Positions 22,966 to 32,968 of a stretch of 64,000 bases of DNA are shown here, one piece after another. Both the position numbers and the translations under genes were made by a program. Below the pieces are notes generated by a model that made no database searches, was not told where the DNA came from, and saw only the letters and a list, made by a program, of their open reading frames with translations. The stretch is from NCBI GenBank assembly GCA_965372795.1, contig CBDVDR010000003.1, positions 160,001 to 224,000 on the forward strand. Direction: 5' to 3'. Each line of letters begins with the position of its first letter. Positions within the stretch are counted from its first letter, which is position 1. The DNA is from an uncultured bacterium. Lineage in GTDB: Bacteria; Zixibacteria; MSB-5A5; GN15; FEB-12.

Positions 22966-24729
22966 ATGAAAGATAATAAAAACTCTGAACAACCGGCGCT
23001 CTTTTCTACCGTTACTAAATACTTTAAAAAATACCAACGCTATTTATATCTTGGTGGTATTACAATATTAGTATCTAATGCGTTGATGCTTTACACGCCG
23101 TATCTTACCAAAAAAATATTTGATGGACTTGAAGAGGATGCTCCTTTAAGTGAAATCAAAAACTATGTCTTGTTAATTATCGGGTTGACTATTGTTGGCG
23201 GTTTCTTTCGTTTTGGAATGAGACGCACTATTATCTGGATGTCTCGCTTTATTGAATATGATCTTCGCGATGAACTCATGGCACACCTTCTAAAATTATC
23301 CCAGTCATTTTATCACCAGACCAGAACCGGTGATATCATGGCGCGATTGACAAACGATCTTGAGGCTGTTCGCCAGATGGTTGGTCCCGGGGTCATGTAT
23401 ATTTCTGATTCAATTGTGAAACTGGTGATTGCTTTTTCAATGATGATCTATCTCTCACCGAAATTAACATTGTATGCGGCTATTCCATTAACGATTTTAC
23501 CGATTGCGGTAAACCTTGTGGCAAATATGCTTCATAAAAAATCGATGAAAATCCAGGAACAGTTCTCAACTCTTACGACTACGGCTCAGGAAAATCTATC
23601 CGGTATCAGAGTTATCAAAGCTTATCAGCAGGAAGATCATGAAATAAATAACTTTGCCAAACATTCCTCAAAATATGTCGAACTAAATATGTCTCTGGCA
23701 AAACTTCAGGGTGTATTTATGCCGGTGATGCGTTTAACGGCGACTTTATCATATCTTGCCGTTTTCTTCTTCGGCGGACTGGCTGTGATTGATGGTGATA
23801 TCAGTCTTGGTACGGTGGTTGCCTTTTTTGCATACCTCTCAATCGTCATGTGGCCTGTTATTGCTCTGGGATGGGTGCTGGCACTTTATCAAAGAGGTAC
23901 CGCATCTTTAAAACGGATAAATAAAATTCTTCATACTGAACCGGAAATTGACGATAACAGCTCTCAATTGTACAATGAAAAAATGAACGGTGATATCGAA
24001 TTTAGGAATTTACGTTTTAAATATAATGGTGACTATGTCCTTGACGGCATCAATTTAAAAATTAACGCCGGCCAATCGGTCGGAATTATCGGTATGACCG
24101 GTTCAGGTAAAACCACGCTGGTATCGCTTCTCCCGCGCCTATTCCAGGTTGATAAAGGACAACTATTAATCGACAATATAGATATTACTGACTGGTCTTT
24201 AAAATCACTGCGAAGCCAGATCGGGTTTGCTACTCAGGAACCATTTTTGTTTTCAGATACAATTGCCAATAATATTCAGTTTGGACTGGATAATAATGAT
24301 GATGAAATGATGGCTTCTTCGGCTGATACAGCAGCCCTTTCAAAAGATATTCAAATGTTCCCCGATGGCTACGAAACTGTTGTAGGCGAGCGGGGGATCA
24401 CATTGTCCGGGGGACAAAAACAAAGGACAGCCATAGCCCGAGCGATTGTCGTTGACCCATCTATTTTAATCCTTGATGATGCTACCAGTGCTGTTGATAC
24501 CGAGACCGAACATGAAATCAATGACCGCATCAAAACGGTTCTAAAAGGCAGAACTTCCATAATTATTTCTCATCGGATTTCCGCGGTGAAAGATACTGAT
24601 TTAATCATCTGTTTAGAAAATGGTAAAATTGAGGAACAGGGAACCCATGAAGAACTATTGCTGCAGAACGGTATTTATGCCGATCTGTATCGTTCGCAAC
24701 TTCTTGAGATGGAGCTTGAAAACCTATAA
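22966..24729 (+). CDS. Heterodimeric ABC exporter, subunit 1 (TMD+NBD)
   Basis: GMTGSGKT, LSGGQ, degenerate Walker B ILILDD. Confidence 0.93.
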   Translation: MKDNKNSEQPALFSTVTKYFKKYQRYLYLGGITILVSNALMLYTPYLTKKIFDGLEEDAPLSEIKNYVLLIIGLTIVGGFFRFGMRRTIIWMSRFIEYDLRDELMAHLLKLSQSFYHQTRTGDIMARLTNDLEAVRQMVGPGVMYISDSIVKLVIAFSMMIYLSPKLTLYAAIPLTILPIAVNLVANMLHKKSMKIQEQFSTLTTTAQENLSGIRVIKAYQQEDHEINNFAKHSSKYVELNMSLAKLQGVFMPVMRLTATLSYLAVFFFGGLAVIDGDISLGTVVAFFAYLSIVMWPVIALGWVLALYQRGTASLKRINKILHTEPEIDDNSSQLYNEKMNGDIEFRNLRFKYNGDYVLDGINLKINAGQSVGIIGMTGSGKTTLVSLLPRLFQVDKGQLLIDNIDITDWSLKSLRSQIGFATQEPFLFSDTIANNIQFGLDNNDDEMMASSADTAALSKDIQMFPDGYETVVGERGITLSGGQKQRTAIARAIVVDPSILILDDATSAVDTETEHEINDRIKTVLKGRTSIIISHRISAVKDTDLIICLENGKIEEQGTHEELLLQNGIYADLYRSQLLEMELENL

Positions 24730-26537
24730 TGGCAGTTAATAATTTCCATGAAGAAGAAGTCTTAGGAAAAGCCTACGATAGCCGCTTGATGAAACGGTTG
24801 TTGAAGTATATCAAACCCTATAGTTGGCTGGTGGCTGCTTCGGTGGCAATTCTTCTGATGATGTCTTTTCTGCAAATATATATCGGCTTATTAACTCGTG
24901 ATGGTATTGATGGATTTGTTTTAACCGGAGATAAAGTTGGTTTTGTAACCATTGCGGTTAAATATTTAATAGTCCTGGTCATTGTTTTTATCGGTAGTTT
25001 TGGGCAAATATATCTAACAGCCCTGTTAGGTCAAAAAGTTCAACATGATATTCGTACTCAGGTGTTCAGTCATTTACAGCGCTTGCACCTCGGCTTCTAT
25101 GATAAAAACCCCGTAGGCAGAATGGTTACGCGGGTTACCAATGATATCAATACTCTCAATGAACTGTTCTCATCCGGAGTAGTTGCCATCATCGGTGATG
25201 TCTTTATGCTGATCTTTATCGTAGCGGCTTTGTTATATTTGAACTGGCAACTGGCATTAATAACTTTTATCTCTGTCCCCATACTTTTGGTAGTCACATT
25301 TTTCTTCCGTTCCCGTGCCCGTGATGCCTACCGAATTGTTCGCTTGAAACTTGCCCACCTAAACTCATTCGTTCAGGAACATTTAACTGGAATAAATCTG
25401 GTTCAATTATTCAGCCGTGAGAAAAAAATATTTTCAGACTTTAATTCTATCAATAAAGATTTACGAAACCAGCATTTCAGGTCAGTCACTTATTATGCCA
25501 TATTTTTCCCAACTGTTGAAATTATCGGGGCTATCTCGGTCGGCTTGTTGTTGTATTATGGCGGAATTCGTATTAGCGGAGAAACGCTGACTTTTGGTGA
25601 ATTGGTTGCCTTTATGTATCTGGTCGAATTATTTTTCCGTCCTATCCGTGATCTATCCGAGAAGTATAACATCCTCCAGGCTTCAATGGCATCATCCGAA
25701 CGAATATTCAATTTACTCGATACTCCGCCGGGTATAGTTAATAAGCCGGATATCAAACCAATCGAAAAGTTTAATGGCAAGCTTGAGTTCAAAAATCTTT
25801 GGTTCGCCTATAATGATGAAAAATGGGTGCTTCGCGATGTCAGCTTTACCGTTAACCCCGGTGAGAAAGTTGCCGTCGTTGGTGCTACCGGTGCTGGAAA
25901 AACCTCACTGATATCACTTCTATATCGTTTCTATGAATATCAAAAAGGAACTATTTCACTTGATGGGGTCGACCTGAAAGATTTCCCGGTTGAAAAACTT
26001 CGATCTCATCTTGGCTTAGTCATGCAGGATGTTTTCCTGTTCCAGGGCGATTATCGCAGTAATGTTCGCTTGCGTAGTGAAGAAATTTCAGACGAAGAAA
26101 TAAAAAAAGCCTTAACTCGGGTAGGCTTTGATCGGTTTTTGAAAAACCTTCCCGATGGTATAAATACTTCCGTTAAAGAACGCGGTGCGACCCTTTCAAC
26201 CGGCCAAAAACAACTTCTCTCATTTGCCCGGGCTTTGGCATTTGATCCTGATATTTTAATTCTTGATGAAGCGACCAGTTCGGTTGATACTGAAACCGAG
26301 CGATTAATTCAACAGGCACTTGAAGAACTTATGAAAGACCGTACTTCTATTATTATTGCCCACCGACTTTCGACCATTGAGAAGGCTGATAAAATTATTG
26401 TCCTCCACCATGGTGAGATGCGTGAAATCGGCAAACATAAAGAACTGCTTGAAAAGAAAGGGATATATTATAAATTGTATCTCATGCAGTTTAAAAACCA
26501 GATTATGGAAAAATCCATGCCTTCGGTTTCAAATTAA
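24729..26537 (+). CDS. Heterodimeric ABC exporter, subunit 2 (TMD+NBD)
   Basis: GATGAGKT, LSTGQ, ILILDE and AHRLST; start overlaps the previous stop codon. Confidence 0.93.
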   Translation: MAVNNFHEEEVLGKAYDSRLMKRLLKYIKPYSWLVAASVAILLMMSFLQIYIGLLTRDGIDGFVLTGDKVGFVTIAVKYLIVLVIVFIGSFGQIYLTALLGQKVQHDIRTQVFSHLQRLHLGFYDKNPVGRMVTRVTNDINTLNELFSSGVVAIIGDVFMLIFIVAALLYLNWQLALITFISVPILLVVTFFFRSRARDAYRIVRLKLAHLNSFVQEHLTGINLVQLFSREKKIFSDFNSINKDLRNQHFRSVTYYAIFFPTVEIIGAISVGLLLYYGGIRISGETLTFGELVAFMYLVELFFRPIRDLSEKYNILQASMASSERIFNLLDTPPGIVNKPDIKPIEKFNGKLEFKNLWFAYNDEKWVLRDVSFTVNPGEKVAVVGATGAGKTSLISLLYRFYEYQKGTISLDGVDLKDFPVEKLRSHLGLVMQDVFLFQGDYRSNVRLRSEEISDEEIKKALTRVGFDRFLKNLPDGINTSVKERGATLSTGQKQLLSFARALAFDPDILILDEATSSVDTETERLIQQALEELMKDRTSIIIAHRLSTIEKADKIIVLHHGEMREIGKHKELLEKKGIYYKLYLMQFKNQIMEKSMPSVSN

Positions 26538-26548
26538 ATATTAAAAAT

Positions 26549-27343
26549 ATGAAAATGAAAAGTATTACAAATAAAGAAATAAAAGAATTCAGAGAATTCG
26601 CAGCCCAATCCGCTATTGGGGCTGGTAAGATTTTAAAAAAAGGTTTTAAACTTCCTAAAAAAACAGTCTACAAAGGACGCATTGATCCCGTTACACAATT
26701 TGATCTGAAATCTGAAAAATATATTGTTGATCAAATAAATAAAAAATATCCGGATCATACAATTTTAGCAGAAGAAGGAAGCGGCAACAAACAAAACTCT
26801 GCTTTCAGATGGATTATTGACCCGCTTGATGGAACCGTAAACTTTGCCCATGGATTTCCTGTCTATTCTGTTTCGATTGCCCTTGAATATAATGATAAAA
26901 TTATCGCCGGTGCCGTATTTGATCCCGAACGAAATGAACTTTTTAAAGCCGGAATCGGCAGTGGTTCATTTTTAAATGATAAAAAAATATCGGTATCTAC
27001 AGAATCAAAACTGAACCGCGCTTTACTTGCCACCGGATTTTCTTATGATGTTGCCACCGTCAGGAAAAATAATCTGGGACATTTTGCTAAAATGGTAAAA
27101 ACAGCTCAGGCAGTAAGACGAGCCGGTTCCGCGGCAATCGATCTCTGTTGGCTTTCGTGTGGACGGATTGACGGGTTTTGGGAATTTTACCTTCACCCTT
27201 GGGATACTGCTGCTGCGGTTTTGATAATAAAAGAAGCTGGTGGCAGGATTTCAAAAATCGATGGCAGTAAATATTCCATTTTCGACCGGGAAATTTTGGC
27301 AAGTAACTCAAAATTGCACAATAAGATTGCCGGCGCCCTATAA
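26549..27343 (+). CDS. suhB: Inositol monophosphatase family protein
   Basis: WIIDPLDGTVNF, GSAAID and WDTAA motifs. Confidence 0.9.
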   Translation: MKMKSITNKEIKEFREFAAQSAIGAGKILKKGFKLPKKTVYKGRIDPVTQFDLKSEKYIVDQINKKYPDHTILAEEGSGNKQNSAFRWIIDPLDGTVNFAHGFPVYSVSIALEYNDKIIAGAVFDPERNELFKAGIGSGSFLNDKKISVSTESKLNRALLATGFSYDVATVRKNNLGHFAKMVKTAQAVRRAGSAAIDLCWLSCGRIDGFWEFYLHPWDTAAAVLIIKEAGGRISKIDGSKYSIFDREILASNSKLHNKIAGAL

Positions 27344-27454
27344 GTTGTTGTCGGGCTAGGGCATACAGTTGCTGTAAGGGCTTGTATAATTATTCATAAA
27401 AGAGTATAATGAAATACAGTAAAATCTATTTTAATTTTATTCGATAAAGAGTAT

Positions 27455-28813
27455 ATGGGAAACAAAATTCTAATAAAATCGACATCCGGTGTCAGGGGTA
27501 TTATCGGAAACGGACTTGACCCTCAAATAGTAGTTTGCTATGGAGCTGCTTTTGGGACCTTTCTCAAAAAGGGTAAAGTAGTAGTTGGGCGCGACAGCCG
27601 GCCATCGGGTGAGATGATCAAAAATGCTGTTATTGCTGGCTTGATGTCGGCCGGTATAGATGTCATTGATCTTGGTGTAGTGCCAACCCCAACCGTTGAA
27701 ATTGCCGTTAAAGGATTAAAAGCCAGGGGCGGGATTTGTGTTACTGCCTCACATAATCCATCCGAATGGAATGCCTTGAAATTTTTTAACGCTGCCGGTG
27801 AATTTATAACCCCCGCAGAATATAAAAAACTCAATAAAATTTATGAGAGTGAAAAGTACGCTTATCAACCGGTTTCAAAACTTGGTAAAATTTCTTATCA
27901 GAATCATTGGGTTGATGAACATATTAAAAAAGTTTTAAAGATAAAAACTATTAGACCGGCTTTGATAAAACGGAGAAAATTTAAAGTTGTCGTGGATGCT
28001 ATCAACAGTGCCGGATCGGTAGCCCTGCCGGAAATGCTTGAAAAACTGGGCGCCAAAGTTATTAGAATAAATTGCGATGGCTCCGGTAAATTTGTTCATG
28101 GCGCTGAACCGATAGCAAAAAATTTGACCCAGCTATGCAAAGCTGTAAAAAAACATAAAGCCGATTTAGGCATGGCGTGTGACCCGGATGCTGATAGATT
28201 AGCATTGGTTGATGAAAATGGAAATGCAATAGGGGAAGAATTGACCCTGACTATCGCCGTCAAACAAGTCCTTAAGAAAAGCCGTAGAAATGTTGTAATC
28301 AATCTTTCGACATCAAATGTTACGGCTGATATTGTCCGTGAAGCAAAAGCCAAACTGATCTATTCAAAAGTCGGTGAAGCGAATGTTGTCCAAATGATGC
28401 ATAAGAAAAAAGCTATAATAGGCGGAGAAGGAAACGGCGGAGTAATCTATCCGGAATGTCATGCCGGTAGAGATTCGCTGGTTGGTGCCGCATTAGTGCT
28501 TGGCTGTCTGGCCGAAGAAAAAATTTCCCTCACAAAATTGGTTGAAACCTTTCCTGTTTATTACAATATAAAGACCAAAGCAAAACTTCCGGCAAGTTTT
28601 CAAAATAAAATTAAAAGAATTGAAAAAGATGCTGTTCATCTTTTTGGAAAAACAAAAATTGACAGACGTGATGGCTTACGTTTTGATTTCGATCAAGGCT
28701 GGCTTCAGATAAGAACTTCAAATACCGAACCGATTTATCGACTGATTGTTGAAACATCTGATAAAAATCTCACGAATCGTCTGTTAAAAAAAGTTCATAA
28801 CTTTTTAAAATAA
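27455..28813 (+). CDS. glmM: Phosphoglucosamine mutase / phosphohexomutase
   Basis: TASHNP, DPDADR, GEGNGG and RTSNTEP; adjacent to glmS. Confidence 0.8.
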   Translation: MGNKILIKSTSGVRGIIGNGLDPQIVVCYGAAFGTFLKKGKVVVGRDSRPSGEMIKNAVIAGLMSAGIDVIDLGVVPTPTVEIAVKGLKARGGICVTASHNPSEWNALKFFNAAGEFITPAEYKKLNKIYESEKYAYQPVSKLGKISYQNHWVDEHIKKVLKIKTIRPALIKRRKFKVVVDAINSAGSVALPEMLEKLGAKVIRINCDGSGKFVHGAEPIAKNLTQLCKAVKKHKADLGMACDPDADRLALVDENGNAIGEELTLTIAVKQVLKKSRRNVVINLSTSNVTADIVREAKAKLIYSKVGEANVVQMMHKKKAIIGGEGNGGVIYPECHAGRDSLVGAALVLGCLAEEKISLTKLVETFPVYYNIKTKAKLPASFQNKIKRIEKDAVHLFGKTKIDRRDGLRFDFDQGWLQIRTSNTEPIYRLIVETSDKNLTNRLLKKVHNFLK

Positions 28814-28827
28814 CGGTTGGATTAATT

Positions 28828-30657
28828 ATGTGTGGAATAGTTGGATATGTAGGACACAAACAAGCAATACCTATTTTAATGAGCGGTCTAAAAAGACTTG
28901 AGTATCGCGGGTATGATTCCTCAGGAATCGCATTGCTTTCCAAAGATAGTTTAATGGTCGCAAAAACTGCCGGCAAAATTGTTCGGCTTGAAGAAGCTAT
29001 CAAAGATATTGAACAAAATTGTTGTTATCACGGTATCGCTCATACCAGATGGGCTACTCATGGCGAACCGACAACGCTGAATGCGCACCCTCATACTGAT
29101 AATAAAGAAGAGATCGCACTGGTGCATAATGGTATCATTGAAAATTACAGAGCCTTGAGTCAATTTCTCAAAGGACAGGGTTTCGTAATTAATACTGACA
29201 CCGACACTGAAATTCTTGTCCACCTGATTCGCTTTAATTACAAAGGCAATCTTACCGATGCGGTCAGAAGAGCCTTAACTCAAGTTGAAGGGACCTATGG
29301 CATAGCGGTTATCTCTTCGCTTCATCCGGGCGTCATTGTTGCCTCAAGGATGGGTTCACCACTGGTTATTGGACAGGGTGACAAAGAAAATTTTGTTGCT
29401 TCCGATGTGTCTGCGATGCTTGAGCACACCAACAAGGTTGTTTATCTCGATGATGGAGAAATCGCAACGGTCACTGCCGATAGTTTTAGTATCACAACCA
29501 TTCGCAATGAACAGATTGAACCGCAGGTTCAGGAAATTACCTGGAAACTTGATGAAATCGAAAAAGCCGGCTACGAACATTTTATGCTCAAAGAGATTCA
29601 TGAACAACCGATTACTCTTCGCAATGCTTTTCGGGGTCGCTTAAATTTTGAAGATGGTATAACCCGCCTCGATGGTCTTAATCTCCAATATGAAGAACTA
29701 CGAAAAATTAAACGTATTCTCTTTACCGCCTGCGGAACTTCATGGCATGCTGCTCTTATAGGAGAATACCTTATTGAAGAACTGGCTCGAATTCCGGTTG
29801 AAGTGGAATATGCTTCCGAGTTTCGATATCGCTCACCGATAATTGATGACCAAACAATTCTTTACGCTATTAGTCAATCCGGTGAAACAGCCGATACTCT
29901 GGCTGCTATGCGGGAAGCAAAAAACCATGGTGCAACTTCGTTGGGTCTGGTTAATGTTGTCGGGTCAACCATTGCTCGTGAATCCGATGGCGGAGTTTAT
30001 ATTCATGCCGGTCCTGAAATCGGAGTCGCCTCAACCAAAGCCTTTACCTCCCAGGTCATGGTTCTTTCACTGGTTGCTACTTTGTTAGGAAGGATGCGTC
30101 AGCTTTCGGTTCCACAAGGTCGGGAATTAATTCAACATATTGAAAAAATTCCGGATCAAGTCGAGTCTATTCTGCAACGTGGAAAACAGATCGAAAAAAT
30201 TGCCGAGCAATATTATAAATCGAATAACTTCCTATATCTTGGACGGGGAATCAATTTCCCGGTTGCCCTTGAAGGCGCCTTGAAACTTAAAGAGATTTCA
30301 TATATCCATGCCGAAGGGTATCCGGCGGCAGAGATGAAACATGGTCCCATCGCTTTGATCGATGAAAACATGCCGGTCGTTGTAATAGCGTTAAAAGATC
30401 CTGTCTATGATAAAGTGATGTCAAACATTGCTGAAGTTCGCGCCAGAAATGGACGCGTGATTGCAATCGCCACCGAAGGTGATACTGAAATTGCCGAACG
30501 GGTGAACGATGTCATTTATATCCCACAAACCTCTCGATTACTGACACCATTGCTTTCGATAATCCCGCTTCAACTTTTGGCTTATTATATCGCGGTGATG
30601 CGAGGCTGTAACGTTGACCAACCTCGTAATCTGGCAAAATCAGTTACGGTCGAATAA
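28828..30657 (+). CDS. glmS: Glutamine-fructose-6-phosphate transaminase
   Basis: MCGIVG, HTRWATHG, SQSGETAD and PRNLAKSVTVE. Confidence 0.99.
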   Translation: MCGIVGYVGHKQAIPILMSGLKRLEYRGYDSSGIALLSKDSLMVAKTAGKIVRLEEAIKDIEQNCCYHGIAHTRWATHGEPTTLNAHPHTDNKEEIALVHNGIIENYRALSQFLKGQGFVINTDTDTEILVHLIRFNYKGNLTDAVRRALTQVEGTYGIAVISSLHPGVIVASRMGSPLVIGQGDKENFVASDVSAMLEHTNKVVYLDDGEIATVTADSFSITTIRNEQIEPQVQEITWKLDEIEKAGYEHFMLKEIHEQPITLRNAFRGRLNFEDGITRLDGLNLQYEELRKIKRILFTACGTSWHAALIGEYLIEELARIPVEVEYASEFRYRSPIIDDQTILYAISQSGETADTLAAMREAKNHGATSLGLVNVVGSTIARESDGGVYIHAGPEIGVASTKAFTSQVMVLSLVATLLGRMRQLSVPQGRELIQHIEKIPDQVESILQRGKQIEKIAEQYYKSNNFLYLGRGINFPVALEGALKLKEISYIHAEGYPAAEMKHGPIALIDENMPVVVIALKDPVYDKVMSNIAEVRARNGRVIAIATEGDTEIAERVNDVIYIPQTSRLLTPLLSIIPLQLLAYYIAVMRGCNVDQPRNLAKSVTVE

Positions 30658-30706
30658 GTGGCAAAGCCACTTTAAATTTTTTATAAGTTATTTATTTTAT
30701 CGTAGC

Positions 30707-30740
30707 TTAGGTCTCTCTTCTCTTGGAGACCTGAGTTTTT
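30707..30740 (+). terminator. Probable terminator after glmS
   Basis: AGGTCTC...GAGACCT stem followed by a T-run. Confidence 0.6.
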
Positions 30741-30750
30741 CAAATTGCTT

Positions 30751-30948
30751 TGCCAGCTAGCCTTGATCGTATTAAAGTAAATGAAATTATTCTACAAGAC
30801 TCATGCTTAATCTACTTTTGATTTATATAAAACTGGCTATGCCAGCTAACCTTGATCGTATTAAAATAAATTTTAGTTTGGTTAAACTTGTTAATCCTAA
30901 TCTACTTTTAATTTATATAAAACTGGCTATGCCAGCTAGCCTTGATCG
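30751..30948. repeat. Triplicated ~64-bp element (period 89-90 bp) with unique 25-26 bp spacers; includes the last 13 nt of the acyl-CoA dehydrogenase gene
   Basis: GCCAGCTA[GA]CCTTGATCG at 30752, 30841 and 30931; TAATCTACTTTT[GA]ATTTATATAAAACTGGCTAT at 30808 and 30898. Confidence 0.9.
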
Positions 30949-32141
30949 ACTTTTGGTAAATCCAGTTCCAGCTCTTTATCAATCCGATGTCCCAATACAT
31001 AATCGGCTTGCATAATCGTATGAATTTCGCGAGTCCCTTCATAAATAGAAGCACCTTTACAATTTCTATAAAACCGTTCAACCGGATACTCATCAGAAAA
31101 ACCATAAGCGCCATGAACCTGAACCGCGTTAGCCGCAGCTTCTTCAGCCTCTTTGCATGCGATCCATTTTGCCATCGAAGTCGCTTTAGTTGAACGCCTA
31201 CCCTGATTTTTCAACCATCCTGCCTTCATCCATAAATAGGTCGAATATTCATAGCCCGCTTCCATTTTGGCAATCATTTGCTTGACCAGTTGATGGTCCC
31301 CGATTGGGTGTCCAAATGTTTGGCGCTCTTTAGCATATTTAGCTGAAGCATCCCGGCAGGCTTTTATCAAACCGCATGATCCGGCGGCAACAGTATAGCG
31401 TCCCTGATCCAAACAGAACATGGCAATCTTAAATCCGGCGCCTTCTTTGTAAACCAGATTTTCTTTTGGTACTTTTACATCCTGAAAAGAAATAAATCCG
31501 GTACTGCCGGCACGAACCCCGAGTTTCCCGTGAAGAGATCCGGTTGTTATTCCATCATATTCTCTTTCAACGATAAACGCCGATAACCCGCTATGGTCGC
31601 GGTTTTTCTTTTTATCCAAATCAGTCCAGGCAAAAACCAAAAAGAGATCAGCCATATCAGCTAAAGAAATCCACATCTTCTCGCCGTTCAAAATATAATT
31701 ATCGCCATCATTCACAGCCGTAGTCTGAATCCCAACCGCATCAGAACCCGCTGCCGGTTCGGTCAAACCGAAAGTTGCCAGTTTTTCACCTTTGGCTGCC
31801 GGAATCAGATATTTCTGTTTTTGTTCTTCATTTCCCCAGGTTAGAATCGGCAGGGAGAAAAGCCCGATATGAACTGACAAAATCACTCGTGCCCCGGTAT
31901 CGCCATATTCCATTTCTTCTGATGCCAAACCAAGCGAGATATAATCGGTGCCCAGTCCGCCATATTGTTCAGGAATACAAAACCCGAGCATATTCGCCTC
32001 TTTCATTGCCGGAATCAGTTTCGGATTAGCTTTCTGTTCCTGATCGTATTTTTGGATATCCGGAATAATTACTTTACTGGCGATCTCACGGGCAATATCC
32101 CGAACCATCAACTGGGTTTCGGTAAACTTAAAATCTATCAT
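30936..32141 (-). CDS. Acyl-CoA dehydrogenase
   Basis: FGLTEPAAGSD, LNGEKMWIS, QVHGAYG and IYEGTREI motifs. Confidence 0.96.
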   Translation of the reverse strand: MIDFKFTETQLMVRDIAREIASKVIIPDIQKYDQEQKANPKLIPAMKEANMLGFCIPEQYGGLGTDYISLGLASEEMEYGDTGARVILSVHIGLFSLPILTWGNEEQKQKYLIPAAKGEKLATFGLTEPAAGSDAVGIQTTAVNDGDNYILNGEKMWISLADMADLFLVFAWTDLDKKKNRDHSGLSAFIVEREYDGITTGSLHGKLGVRAGSTGFISFQDVKVPKENLVYKEGAGFKIAMFCLDQGRYTVAAGSCGLIKACRDASAKYAKERQTFGHPIGDHQLVKQMIAKMEAGYEYSTYLWMKAGWLKNQGRRSTKATSMAKWIACKEAEEAAANAVQVHGAYGFSDEYPVERFYRNCKGASIYEGTREIHTIMQADYVLGHRIDKELELDLPKVDQG

Positions 32142-32298
32142 ATACTTTTCAACTCCTCTTTTAATCTATGTTTTCGGTATATACTTTATTAATCGGTTTA
32201 AGTCAATTGGGTTCCGTCTAAATCGTTTTTGATACCATTTTTATCTTCTTATATAATTTCACCATATTTCCTGATAATTGGGAAATCAAAAAAAATAA

Positions 32299-32404
32299 AC
32301 AGGTTAAACCTGTAAATCAGGTTTTGCCAATAAATCAGCCCGTGGCTAATAAATCAGACTATGCCAATAAATCAGGCTTCGCCTTATAAATCTGACTATG
32401 TCAG
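32299..32404. repeat. Five tandem 18-19 bp units starting TAAATC, most carrying a short triloop hairpin
   Basis: Units start at 32313, 32331, 32350, 32368 and 32387. Hairpins include AGCC-CGT-GGCT, AGGC-TTC-GCCT and CTGAC-TAT-GTCAG; ACAGGT-TAA-ACCTGT precedes the array. Confidence 0.85.
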
Positions 32405-32456
32405 TTGCGGGAGATTGGTTGGTTGATTATATTCAATCAAATTAAAGGAGTCCCAA

Positions 32457-32933
32457 TTGAATAATCTGCCCCATGTCAAAGCTGATCTTGTCCCATATTC
32501 GGCGGAGTATTCCCGCTCGGTCCGGTCCTGGATAAATTCTCCGGAAATTCTCAAAACAGTTTGCCGTGGTACCGACTATCCACCTTCGGAAGAAATCATT
32601 GAAAGCTGGCAGAGAGAAGAAGTTAAATCGTATCTGATGTTTTCTGAAAACCATCCGGTTGCATACGCCGAGTTATGGATTAAGAAAATGGATTTAGCTA
32701 TTGAAATCGCCCACTTGATTGTTGACCCGGCTAAACGCTCGCGCGGTTATGGTACCAAAATGGCAGAGCTGATGTTTCAACGGGCGGCTGAAATGAATAA
32801 TGTTGCCAAAGTCCAGGTTAGCCTTTACGGTGAAAGTACCGAAGCTCTGGGTTGTTTTCTAAAAGCCGGTTTCGAAATTCTTGGAACCGCCACCTATACC
32901 ACCGGACTAAAACTGGTTAAGGATGTAGAATAG
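32457..32933 (+). CDS. GNAT family N-acetyltransferase
   Basis: LIVDPAKRSRGYG motif A and KAGF; TTG start with AAGGAG RBS. Confidence 0.88.
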   Translation: MNNLPHVKADLVPYSAEYSRSVRSWINSPEILKTVCRGTDYPPSEEIIESWQREEVKSYLMFSENHPVAYAELWIKKMDLAIEIAHLIVDPAKRSRGYGTKMAELMFQRAAEMNNVAKVQVSLYGESTEALGCFLKAGFEILGTATYTTGLKLVKDVE

Positions 32934-32968
32934 TACTTGAAGTTATTTTATATATAGGAGAAACGGAA

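Noticed and set aside
28780..28830. glmS ribozyme
   Set aside because: glmM and glmS are only 14 nt apart, leaving no room for a leader.
30620..30760. Tn7-like element at attTn7 downstream of glmS
   Set aside because: No tns genes, no recognisable TGT-starting transposon end and no 5-bp target duplication; the site appears empty.
30751..30948. Canonical CRISPR array
   Set aside because: The repeat is about 64 bp, includes a gene 3' end, and has no cas genes or leader. Kept as an unexplained repeat.
30803..31114. Short ORFs 30803-31015 and 30908-31114
   Set aside because: They arise from the 90-bp repeat and overlap the ACAD gene; there is no independent coding signal.
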